A DNA stretch of 32,000 bases, taken from contig LT962688.1 in NCBI GenBank assembly GCA_900234795.1, positions 3,150,001 through 3,182,000 of the forward strand, in the 5' to 3' direction. Below, in pieces: positions 9,388 to 17,351 of this stretch; positions within the stretch are counted from its first letter, which is position 1, and every line of letters starts with the position of its first letter. This DNA is from Methylorubrum extorquens. GTDB taxonomy: Bacteria > Pseudomonadota > Alphaproteobacteria > Rhizobiales > Beijerinckiaceae. The notes below the pieces were generated by a model. That model saw only the letters and a program-made list of their open reading frames with translations, made no database searches and was not told the origin of the DNA. A program made the position numbers and the translations under genes.

Positions 9388-10089
9388 ATGCCTTCGACCC
9401 CGCGCCGCTCCAGACGACGCCTCGCGCTCGTCCTGGCCTCTTCCGCCTTCATCCTCTCCACTGCTGCCGGCGTTCACGCTCAAGAGGGCGGACTTGGCGG
9501 CTTATTTCAGCAACTCTTTTCCCCGCAGCGGGCCGCGCCCGCTCCGGTGGTGGCCCCGATTCAGGTTTACGGCGGCGGCGAGGTCAACGAGCGTTATCGC
9601 TGGCGCCGGCATCGCAGTACGGCGGATCGGAGCCGGCCGAAGGTGCGTTACGCTGCCCTGCCGAAGGATGACGGTCTCGGGATCAGCGGCAAGCAGCCGG
9701 TCGATTCGAAAGCGATCGCCGCAAATCCGACCGCGGCGCTCCTGCGCGACGAAACCCTTCGCCCCGGCGACATCGTGGTCATGCCGGGCGGCCCAAAGGT
9801 CTTCAAGGGCCATGACGATCGCGGTCGCGGCGCCAAGGCGGCCCGCCACCGGATGAGCGACTTCGAGGATGTGAAGCACTCGCGCACGATCAATGCCAAG
9901 ACCCGCAGCCAATTGATGGCGATGATGCTTCCACACGGCGCTATGCCGGCCGAGGAGGCCCGCAAAGTGCTCGCCAAAGCCCGCCGTCTGGCCCCGCAGG
10001 AGGCAATCGAGCCGCTGACCCGACAGGCGCGCGCCGAGACCGACCCGAAACCCACCCGCATCATCAGCCCCTGGCAGATCGCCCGCTAG
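9388..10089 (+). CDS. hypothetical exported protein
   Basis: The ATG at 9388 lies 6 nt after caggag. The N-terminus MPSTPRRSRRRLALVLASSAFILSTAAGVHA/QE looks like a signal peptide. GC3 is high. I recognise no family. Confidence 0.6.
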   Translation: MPSTPRRSRRRLALVLASSAFILSTAAGVHAQEGGLGGLFQQLFSPQRAAPAPVVAPIQVYGGGEVNERYRWRRHRSTADRSRPKVRYAALPKDDGLGISGKQPVDSKAIAANPTAALLRDETLRPGDIVVMPGGPKVFKGHDDRGRGAKAARHRMSDFEDVKHSRTINAKTRSQLMAMMLPHGAMPAEEARKVLAKARRLAPQEAIEPLTRQARAETDPKPTRIISPWQIAR

Positions 10090-10352
10090 GGTCCAGGGGA
10101 AGCAGCGAGACCCGATCGGGCATCAAACGGCGGTCACAGGATGATCGACCCCATCCCGAGAGGGACCTGCTGAGCAGAGCCCTCGAGACTCGCGCTGCGG
10201 ACCATGCGCGATGGTGGCGGGGGGCCAATGGACTTGAGTGGTGAGGGCTGTGCCTACGGTACTTCGTCCGAGCGAACATTCAAGCCACGCCGCGGCGTTC
10301 GGCGTTGTCGCCTGAACCGCTCGTTCGCTGTGTCATTCTCGGGTAAGTATGA

Positions 10353-10428
10353 TGGTGGAGCCTAACGGGATCGAACCGATGACCTCTTCCATGCCATGGA
10401 AGCGCTCTCCCAGCTGAGCTAAGGCCCC
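10353..10428 (-). tRNA. tRNA-Ala (anticodon GGC)
   Basis: The reverse complement is GGGGCCTTAGCTCAGCTGGGAGAGCGCTTCCATGGCATGGAAGAGGTCATCGGTTCGATCCCGTTAGGCTCCACCA (76 nt). It has the G3:U70 Ala identity pair, an anticodon loop AT-GGC-AT, a GGTTCGATC T-arm and an encoded CCA. Confidence 0.93.
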
Positions 10429-10682
10429 ATCATTTTGGCCGTGACCGTTTCCGGTCTCTGGCCTCGCCGGCGGCGCTGAGTGCGTCGGCGATGAGCGGTT
10501 CTATACGGAGAGGATCGGCGGGACTCAACCCCCTTTTTTGAGGCGGAACCGAATTTTTGAGCCGCCTCCTCATCTCCAAGCGGTGCCAGCACGAAACATC
10601 GGTCAACCAGCCTCAGCCCGACGGCGGATCTTCCTTGGAGCCGCCGAAACCCCGCTTGCACGCCAATCCCGGCTATGCCCGG

Positions 10683-11477
10683 CTACTGCTGAGCCCGAAC
10701 GACGTAACGCTCCATCAGAAGCCTGATGGTAAGGCTGCCGAACACCCAACCAAAGAGATATAGATAATCGATCTGAGCAGGGATCGTCGGGTCGTATCCC
10801 AGGTGCACCCATTCGACGATCTGTGTGATCGGATTCCATTTCATGTAGTAGTAAATTTCATCTGGCATATAACATGCCATGAAATAAACACCGCTCGTCA
10901 AATACAAAGTCAACGTTACCAAGATGTAGCCCAGCGCCCATCCCGGAAAGACCGAACAGATCCCGACATTGATCGTCCCGACACCGATCCCGAGCGCGAT
11001 CGCCGTCAGGTAGCCGGTGATAGCCATCATCATGTCGGTGGGAACGGGATCGGCACCGAAGCAGATGAGCACGACACCAACGAGTCAGACGCCCAAGAAG
11101 CTGCTGACGATCTCGACAAGGATGCGTGCGACAACGGTATCGAAGCGCTTCACTTGCGGGAAGTACGTCAGCGGCTTGTGAACCATGTAACCTTTCATCA
11201 CCTCGCGGGAGATGTACTGAAAGGCGAGAGCCGGCAATGCGCCGGAGGCGACGAAGACCATCGAATCGTCGCCCATGAGCGACTTGATTCCACGGAATGT
11301 CATGGCGCCGACGATGATGCCGAGATGCACGCAGGGCCAGAGAACCTGCACGAGGTAGCCCCAGTAGGTTCCGCCGAAGCGGCTGCGCATGTCGCGCAGC
11401 ATCAGGGCACTGAGGACGCGCAGGTAGACGTCGAGATGGCTCTGACGGCGCGGCAGAGACGAGGCGTGGGCGTTCAT
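10683..11477 (-). pseudogene. KpsM/CtrC-type ABC-2 polysaccharide-export permease, interrupted by an in-frame TGA (11085-11087)
   Basis: ORFs 11085..11477 and 10683..11072 are in the same frame, reading ...EIVSSFLGV*LVGVVLICFG.... By eye they align with E. coli KpsM: LMLRDMRSRFGGTYWGYL vs FLREIRTRFGKFRLGYL; VKRFDTVVARILVE vs VKPIDTIIARALLE; WNPITQIVEW vs WNPLVHVVEL. GC falls to about 40-55% here against about 70% in the flanks. There is no adjacent KpsT-like ATPase. Confidence 0.75.
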
Positions 11478-11545
11478 GGTATCCGTCGCAACAGGGCGGT
11501 CGCGCCGTTATGCCCGCCTGCAATCGCGACGAAATCGAAGACGGG

Positions 11546-13612
11546 TCAGGTGTCGCCGCGGCGGCCCGCCTCGTCCGTGCGCGAAGCGATGCGGTAGAAG
11601 GCCGCCAGCACCAGCAGGAAGACGACGGGGCCGAGCCACGGCCCTGCCCCGCCCAGCGCACCGGCCGCGAAGGCGAGGGAGCCGCCACGTCCGCTCAGCG
11701 TGTCGGCGGCGGCGAGCAGGACGCCGACAACGCTCTCGCCCACGAGGAAGCCCGAGGCCAGCAGCACGCCGCGGCGACGCCCTCCGGCCCGCGCCGCCTC
11801 GCCCGCCTGGCGCAGCCGGCGCTCGGCGAGGCGTCCGACGAGGCCGCCGCAGGCGATCGTCACCACCACCTCCAGCGGCAGGTACATGCCGATCCCGACG
11901 GTGAGCGCCGGGAAGGAACGGCCGCTGCGGCGCAGACGCGCCTCCACCGCAACGAGGATCGCTCCGAGGCCGGCCCCCGTCGCCACCATCGACCAGGGCA
12001 ACTCGTTGCGCACGATGCCGCCGGCGATCTGCGTCATCAGCGCGGCCTGGGGCGCCGGAAGCGCGGCCGCCTCGTCCATCCCCTCCCGCGGCAGGGCACC
12101 GACGAAACCGTAGGCGTTGTAGAGCAGGTCGAGCAGTGGGGCGATCACCAGGGCGCCGACCGCGACGCCGGCCGCCAGCGCCATCTGCTGGCGCCACGGC
12201 GTGGCATCGACGAGCTGACCGGTCTTGAGATCCTGAAGGTTGTCGTTGGCGATCGAAGCCGTGGTGACGACGATGGCTGACAGGAGCAGCACGGCGGCAA
12301 CGACGAAGCGCTCACCCTCCGGCCCGGCGGAGCGGCCGAGCAGGAGCGGGAGCAGTAGGGCGGCGAGGAGCGTCGTGAGGATGCCGATGCCGGAGATCGG
12401 GCTGGAGGACGAGCCGAGAAGTCCCGCGAGATAGCCGCAGGCGGCCGCCATCAGGAAACCGAAGCCGACCGTGAAGACGGTGGCGACTGCGACCAGCCCG
12501 AAACGCAGACCACCCAGTTCGGCCTCCGCGCTGAAATGGAAGAACAGCCAAGCCAGGGGCAGCGCGAGCAGGAGCGAGCTGCCCGCAACCCAGGTGATCG
12601 GCAGGTCGCGCTCCTGGCGCGGCAACTGGCGCAAAGCCTTCCCGCCGCCCTGCGCCGCACCGAAGGCGGAACGGATGCTTCCCAGGATCGAGCGGCCGAG
12701 GGAGGCGACCGTCCAGATCGCGCCGACGGCGATGATGCCGGCGCCGATGAGTCGGACCTTCTCCGACCAGACCACCCTCGCCGTCGCCTCCGCCGAGCCG
12801 GCGCCGGCCCCGTCACCGAAGGCCGTCAGCAGCGGCACCGCGGCGCCCCAGGCCAGGGCGACGCCGGCCAGAAGGGCGAGGCAGGCGCCGAGCCCAACGA
12901 GATAGCCCACCCCGACCAGGGCGGGGGAGAAGCCGGTGGCGAGCCGAAACAGGGCCGGCCCCACGGCCAGGGTGGTGTGGAGGCCCTCAGTGAGGAGGCG
13001 CAAGCCGGTGGTGGCGAACCCGATCAGCCCGCCCGCTCCCGCCGCGCCCAGCAGGATGCGCAGACCGCCCCGGTCGCCGGCCTCACCGGCATGGAGCACT
13101 TCGGCCGCGGCAGTGCCCTCGGGATACGGAAGCCCGGCTCCCATCACCAGGGCGCGGCGGAGGGGGATCGAGTAGACGAGGCCGATCAATCCGCCGATCA
13201 GGCAGACGGCCGTCGTCTGCCAGAACGGGAAACCGTGCCAATGGCCGATCAGCACGAGGCCCGGCAGGACGAGGATGACGTTGCACAGCGTCCCGGCCGC
13301 CGACCCCTGGGTCTGGACGATGTTGTTCTCGAGGATGCCGGAGCCACCGAACAGGCGCAGCAACCCCATCGACAGCATCGCCGCGGGGATCGAGGTCGAG
13401 AAGGTCACGCCCGTCTTCAGCCCCATATAGAGGTTGGCGGTCATGAACACGACGGTGATCACCGCCCCGAGCAGAAGCCCGCGCAGGGTGAGTTCAGCGG
13501 CATGGCGAGGGTGAGTCCCGCCGGCCTCGCCGTGCGGGGTTGAGCGTTCGTCGGATCGTGCGTCCACGGGCAGGCGTCTCCGGTGCCGCCCCGCGGCTCG
13601 GGACGTCGACAT
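11546..13612 (-). CDS. OPT-family oligopeptide transporter
   Basis: It is a polytopic membrane protein with typical OPT blocks: LTLRGLLLGAVITVVFMTANLYMGLKTGVTFSTSIPAAMLSMGLL, NNIVQTQGSAAG, LQDLKTGQLVDATPWRQQ. I chose the ATG at 13612 (688 aa). The ORF extends to 13672. Confidence 0.88.
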   Translation of the reverse strand: MSTSRAAGRHRRRLPVDARSDERSTPHGEAGGTHPRHAAELTLRGLLLGAVITVVFMTANLYMGLKTGVTFSTSIPAAMLSMGLLRLFGGSGILENNIVQTQGSAAGTLCNVILVLPGLVLIGHWHGFPFWQTTAVCLIGGLIGLVYSIPLRRALVMGAGLPYPEGTAAAEVLHAGEAGDRGGLRILLGAAGAGGLIGFATTGLRLLTEGLHTTLAVGPALFRLATGFSPALVGVGYLVGLGACLALLAGVALAWGAAVPLLTAFGDGAGAGSAEATARVVWSEKVRLIGAGIIAVGAIWTVASLGRSILGSIRSAFGAAQGGGKALRQLPRQERDLPITWVAGSSLLLALPLAWLFFHFSAEAELGGLRFGLVAVATVFTVGFGFLMAAACGYLAGLLGSSSSPISGIGILTTLLAALLLPLLLGRSAGPEGERFVVAAVLLLSAIVVTTASIANDNLQDLKTGQLVDATPWRQQMALAAGVAVGALVIAPLLDLLYNAYGFVGALPREGMDEAAALPAPQAALMTQIAGGIVRNELPWSMVATGAGLGAILVAVEARLRRSGRSFPALTVGIGMYLPLEVVVTIACGGLVGRLAERRLRQAGEAARAGGRRRGVLLASGFLVGESVVGVLLAAADTLSGRGGSLAFAAGALGGAGPWLGPVVFLLVLAAFYRIASRTDEAGRRGDT

Positions 13613-13739
13613 TTTGTTGGGAACCCAACGGGCCCCTCGTCCGATCCCCCGTGGTGACGCGGCGGCGGCCAAGCTTGGGGCCGTTGCTCATCGGCGCGCG
13701 AACCCGCGGGCCTGATCCGCTGCAAGGAGAGAACGACGG

Positions 13740-14336
13740 ATGAGCCGACCGGTGCGCCATGAGATCCCGCCGCGCTCGGGGGCGGCCTTCACGCTCGATC
13801 GCGGCCAGCGCCTCACCGTGATCGACCCCCAGGGCGAGCAGGTGGCCGACCTCGTGGCCTTCCGCCGAGACGATCTCGATGAGGTGATCTCCTCGGGCCG
13901 CACCATCGACTACGCCTCGCGCATCTTCCTGACGACGGGCGACCCGATCTACTCCAACCGCTCCAACGTGCTCCTGCGCATCGTGGAGGACACGGTGGGC
14001 CGGCACGACTTCCTGCTCACGCCCTGCTCGGCCGACACCTTCCGGATCATCTACGGCGACGAACACCCCCACCGGGGTTGTTTCGGCAACCTCGCCGAAG
14101 CGCTGGCGCCCTACGGGATCGAGCCGGACCGCATCCCGGTCGCCTTCAACGTGTTCATGCATGTCACCGTCGATGGGCAGAGCGGCGAGATCGCGGTGCG
14201 CCCACCGCTCAGCCAAGCCGGCGACCGGGTGAGTTTCGTGGCCGAGACCGACCTCGTCGTCGGCCTGACGGCCTGCTCGGCCCTGCAGTCGAACAACTTC
14301 TCCTTCAAGCCGATCCATTACGAGATCGAATCTTGA
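13740..14336 (+). CDS. DUF1989 domain protein (urea-carboxylase-associated family)
   Basis: aaggagagaacgacggATG. IPPRSGAAFTLDRGQRLTVIDPQGEQVADLVAF...GDPIYSNRSNVLLRIVEDTVGRHDFLLTPCS...FNVFMHV...LTACSA matches my memory of the DUF1989 pattern. 198 aa. Confidence 0.8.
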   Translation: MSRPVRHEIPPRSGAAFTLDRGQRLTVIDPQGEQVADLVAFRRDDLDEVISSGRTIDYASRIFLTTGDPIYSNRSNVLLRIVEDTVGRHDFLLTPCSADTFRIIYGDEHPHRGCFGNLAEALAPYGIEPDRIPVAFNVFMHVTVDGQSGEIAVRPPLSQAGDRVSFVAETDLVVGLTACSALQSNNFSFKPIHYEIES

Positions 14337-14380
14337 GGCTCCGCCGCGAAGACACGGTCATCAGCCGATAGATTACTGCG

Positions 14381-14432
14381 CTACGATGCCGCGGCGGACC
14401 AAGACAATACATAGATGAAACCGGCATCGTAG
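14381..14432 (+). promoter_or_regulatory. 11-bp perfect inverted repeat with a 30-nt AT-richer spacer, upstream of the YcgG-like operon
   Basis: ctacgatgccg (14381-14391) ... cggcatcgtag (14422-14432), with spacer cggcggaccaagacaatacatagatgaaac. It sits in the 275-bp gap between the DUF1989 gene and the next gene. Confidence 0.4.
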
Positions 14433-14612
14433 CCCTCTGGTTATCCCCAGACCCGGCGGAACAATGGTCACAGACCGAGGTTCCCCCGCGCAGTTCACCT
14501 TCTCCGAGGGTTGGCGGACTGCATCACGGTCGCCTTCTCTCCCACGATCTTCCCCGTACCGGGTCGACAGGCTCGGTCGCGTCGTTCGTTTGCCTGCGTT
14601 CCACGAGGTGTC

Positions 14613-15368
14613 ATGCTGCTGCCTACCGACGACACCGGCCATCCGCTCGCTGAGCGTTTCCGGCACTTCATCCGCCAACAGCCCTTCCCTTGTGTCGGCG
14701 CCAAATCCGCTCTGTCCCGTGGCCAGCTGAAGGTTCTGGTCGCCCGAGACGTCGCCTCCGACAGCGACGACGCGCGGATCTATCCGGCGCTGCTGGCCTT
14801 CATCTGCCGCTATCGCGCCCGGCGCGACCAGTTCCAGAGCTTTGCCGTCGTGTTCGAAGGCCCGCACCACCTCTCCGAGGAGGCGTTCGAGGCCGCACTC
14901 TGGCGGCGGATGCAGTCGCTGTCCGACCGCGACAGTGAGCTGGGACATGCCCAGGATCCGCGCGTGTCGGCCAACCCGGAAGACACGCATTTCTCGATGA
15001 GCCTCGGGGGCGAAGGCTTCTTCATCGTCGGGCTGCATCCCGGCGCGAGCCGCAAGGCGCGCCGCTTCGAGCACCCGGTGCTGGTGTTCAACCTGCACGA
15101 CCAGTTCGAGCGCCTGCGGGCCGAGGGGCGCTACGACCGGCTGCGCGACTCGATCGTCGAGCGGGACGTGGCTTGGACTGGGTCAGTCAACCCGATGCTC
15201 GCGCAGCACGGCGAGCGCTCCGCGGCCCGGCAATTCAGCGGACGCGCCGTGCCGGACGATTGGGTCTGCCCCTACCACCGTCAGGAGGGAGCGGTGGAAT
15301 GGGATGCGCAGCAGGTCGCGGCGGATCTGCGCTCGGGTGCCTTTCTCGCCGGACAGATGGAGGGTTGA
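14613..15368 (+). CDS. YqcI/YcgG family protein (GntA-like, putative heme-dependent N-oxygenase)
   Basis: The ATG at 14613 follows gaggtg. FRHFIRQQPFPCVGAKSALSRGQL...FQSFAVVFEGP...FFIVGLHPGASRKARRFEHPVLVFNLHDQFERLR is the conserved YqcI/YcgG core as I remember it. 251 aa. Confidence 0.75.
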   Translation: MLLPTDDTGHPLAERFRHFIRQQPFPCVGAKSALSRGQLKVLVARDVASDSDDARIYPALLAFICRYRARRDQFQSFAVVFEGPHHLSEEAFEAALWRRMQSLSDRDSELGHAQDPRVSANPEDTHFSMSLGGEGFFIVGLHPGASRKARRFEHPVLVFNLHDQFERLRAEGRYDRLRDSIVERDVAWTGSVNPMLAQHGERSAARQFSGRAVPDDWVCPYHRQEGAVEWDAQQVAADLRSGAFLAGQMEG

Positions 15369-15370
15369 GC

Positions 15371-16396
15371 ATGACGATCGCCGACGCTCCATCGCATCCC
15401 ACTGCCTCCCAGGGGCCGGACGCCTGCCATGAGGACCGCGAGGACGCGTTCCTCGCCCTCGCTCGCGCGGTGCGGGACACCGGCTACCGGTTCACCACCG
15501 TCACGCCGGCCACCCACGCCCGGGTGAACGCCCGGCCCGAGAACGCCCTCGCGCGATCGCTACGGGACGTGCTGGGCTGGAGCCGCCCGTTTCGCGACGG
15601 CCTGATCCCGGCGGAACTGACCGACCTGATGGAGCGGGCGGGCGTGCTGCACCGTTCGGAGGGGCCGGATGGTTCTCTCCTGAAGGCGCAGATCCGGCTG
15701 TCGAGCCTCGACGACACGTTGTTTGTGCATGCGGCCTACCCGCCGCTGGCGGCGGATTCCGTGTTCTTCGGCCCCGACACCATGCGCTTCGCCGAAGCCG
15801 TCCTTGCCCATCTCGAAGAGCGGGCCAGAGCCGGACACCCGGCGCCGCGGCGGGCGGCCGATATCGGCTGCGGCTCGGGCGCGGCGGGCATCCTTGTCGC
15901 CAGGCGGTTACCGGAGGCCGAGGTCGTCCTCGTCGACATCAACCCGGCCGCCCTTCGCGCCGCACGCATCAATGCCCGGCTCGCAGGCGTCGACAACGTG
16001 CGCCCCGTTCACAGTGACATGCTGAGCAACGTCGAGGGATCGTTCGATCTCATCGTCTCGAACCCGCCCTTCATGGTGGATTCCGGCGGTCGGGCCTACC
16101 GGCATGGCGGCGGACCGCTCGGAGCCGGGTTGTCGCTGCGCGTGGTCGAGGCGGCGACCGAGCGATTGGCGCCGGGTGGCAGCCTTGTCCTGTTCACCGG
16201 CTCGGCCATCGTCGAAGGCCATGACGGTTTCCGGGAGGAGGCGAGCGCGATCTGCGCGCGGGCCGGTCTGGAGGTCTCGTACCGCGAGTTCGATCCGGAC
16301 GAGTACGGCGAGGAACTCGACGATCCGGGCTACGCGGCGGCCGAGCGTATCGCGCTCGTTGTCCTCACCGCCACCCGCCCGACCGGACCGCGATGA
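15371..16396 (+). CDS. class I SAM-dependent methyltransferase (MTS / small-domain type, NPPF motif)
   Basis: The ATG at 15371 is 2 nt after the upstream stop and is preceded by ggaggg. Motif I is ADIGCGSGAAGILVA; VDINPAAL follows; the catalytic-type motif is LIVSNPPFM. An N-terminal domain of about 150 aa has unknown function. 341 aa. Confidence 0.8.
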   Translation: MTIADAPSHPTASQGPDACHEDREDAFLALARAVRDTGYRFTTVTPATHARVNARPENALARSLRDVLGWSRPFRDGLIPAELTDLMERAGVLHRSEGPDGSLLKAQIRLSSLDDTLFVHAAYPPLAADSVFFGPDTMRFAEAVLAHLEERARAGHPAPRRAADIGCGSGAAGILVARRLPEAEVVLVDINPAALRAARINARLAGVDNVRPVHSDMLSNVEGSFDLIVSNPPFMVDSGGRAYRHGGGPLGAGLSLRVVEAATERLAPGGSLVLFTGSAIVEGHDGFREEASAICARAGLEVSYREFDPDEYGEELDDPGYAAAERIALVVLTATRPTGPR

Positions 16397-17340
16397 GCGC
16401 GGCAGAGGCAGCGGCCGGCGAGCGTGCCGAGTTCCTTCGGGACGCGCTCGCGGGCCTGTCGGGCGAGGTGAAGACCCTACCCGGCAAATACCTCTGGGAC
16501 GAGACTGGTTCGGATCTGTTCGACCGGATCTGCGCCCATCCGGACTACTACCCGACGAAGCGGGAAATGGCGCTTCTGCCGCGGGTCGCGGCAGAGGTGG
16601 CAGCCCTCGTCGGCCCGGGCGTCAGCGTCGTGGAATTCGGCAGCGGCGCGAGCCGGAAGATCAGAACCCTGCTCGACGCCCTGGAGGCGCCGGCCGCTTA
16701 CCTCGCCCTCGACATCTCGGGAGCCTATCTCGAAGCGGCGATCGCGCGCCTCGCCCCGGATTATCCGGCCGTGCCGATGATTCCGGTCTGTGCCGATTAC
16801 TCGAAGCCGATCCGCCTGCCGCCGGGGGCTGCCGTGCCGCCGATCCTCGGTTTCTTTCCCGGCACCAGCATCGGCAACTTCACGCCGGAGCAGGCGGAGG
16901 GCTTCCTGGCGCGGGCGCGGGAGACGCTGGGGCCAAGCCACTTCCTGGTCGGGGCCGACCCGACGCACGACCCGGCCCGCTTACGCCGCGCCTACGGTGA
17001 GGCGGGCGGGCTGATGCCGGCGCTACACCTCAACCTCATCGAGCGGATGAACCGGGAACTCGGCAGCGATTTCGACCGGAGCCATTTCCGCCACGAGGTA
17101 CGGCTTGCCGACGACCCGTTCCGGGTGGAAGCTCATCTCGTGGCAACCCGGCCCGGCGCCTACCAGCTCGGCGACCGGACGATCCGCTTCGCGGCCGGCG
17201 AGAGCATCCGCACCGACACCTCCCACAAATACGCGCCGGACACGTTTCGGGCCCTGGCCTCGGCTCAGGGCTGGGAGCCGGTCCGCCTCTGGGTCGATGA
17301 GGACAGCGGCTTCAGCCTCCACCTGTTCCAGGCGCGATAA
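16393..17340 (+). CDS. EgtD-family (Methyltransf_33) amino-acid N-alpha-methyltransferase homologue
   Basis: It has an ATGA start/stop overlap with the upstream gene. By eye it is collinear with mycobacterial EgtD: LPGKYLWDETGSDLFDRICAHPDYYPTKRE; VEFGSGASRKIRTLLDAL; LALDISG; FFPGTSIGNF; LVGADPTHD...LRRAYGE; NLIERMNRELGSDFD; ESIRTDTSHKY. 315 aa. Confidence 0.8.
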   Translation: MSAAEAAAGERAEFLRDALAGLSGEVKTLPGKYLWDETGSDLFDRICAHPDYYPTKREMALLPRVAAEVAALVGPGVSVVEFGSGASRKIRTLLDALEAPAAYLALDISGAYLEAAIARLAPDYPAVPMIPVCADYSKPIRLPPGAAVPPILGFFPGTSIGNFTPEQAEGFLARARETLGPSHFLVGADPTHDPARLRRAYGEAGGLMPALHLNLIERMNRELGSDFDRSHFRHEVRLADDPFRVEAHLVATRPGAYQLGDRTIRFAAGESIRTDTSHKYAPDTFRALASAQGWEPVRLWVDEDSGFSLHLFQAR

Positions 17341-17351
17341 GCCCACGCCGC

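Noticed and set aside
10090-10682. Genomic-island hallmarks around tRNA-Ala (integrase, direct repeat of the tRNA 3' end)
   Set aside because: There is no integrase-like ORF. By eye I found no duplicated copy of the tRNA 3' segment on either side. The low-GC gene lies on the 5' side of the tRNA, not the usual 3' integration side. I therefore do not call a tRNA-integrated island.
11085-11087. In-frame TGA of the KpsM-like gene as selenocysteine or programmed read-through
   Set aside because: I could not see a SECIS-like hairpin immediately downstream. The site lies in a transmembrane segment of a permease family not known to use Sec. The gene is compositionally foreign and lacks its ATPase partner. 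A nonsense mutation is the simpler explanation.
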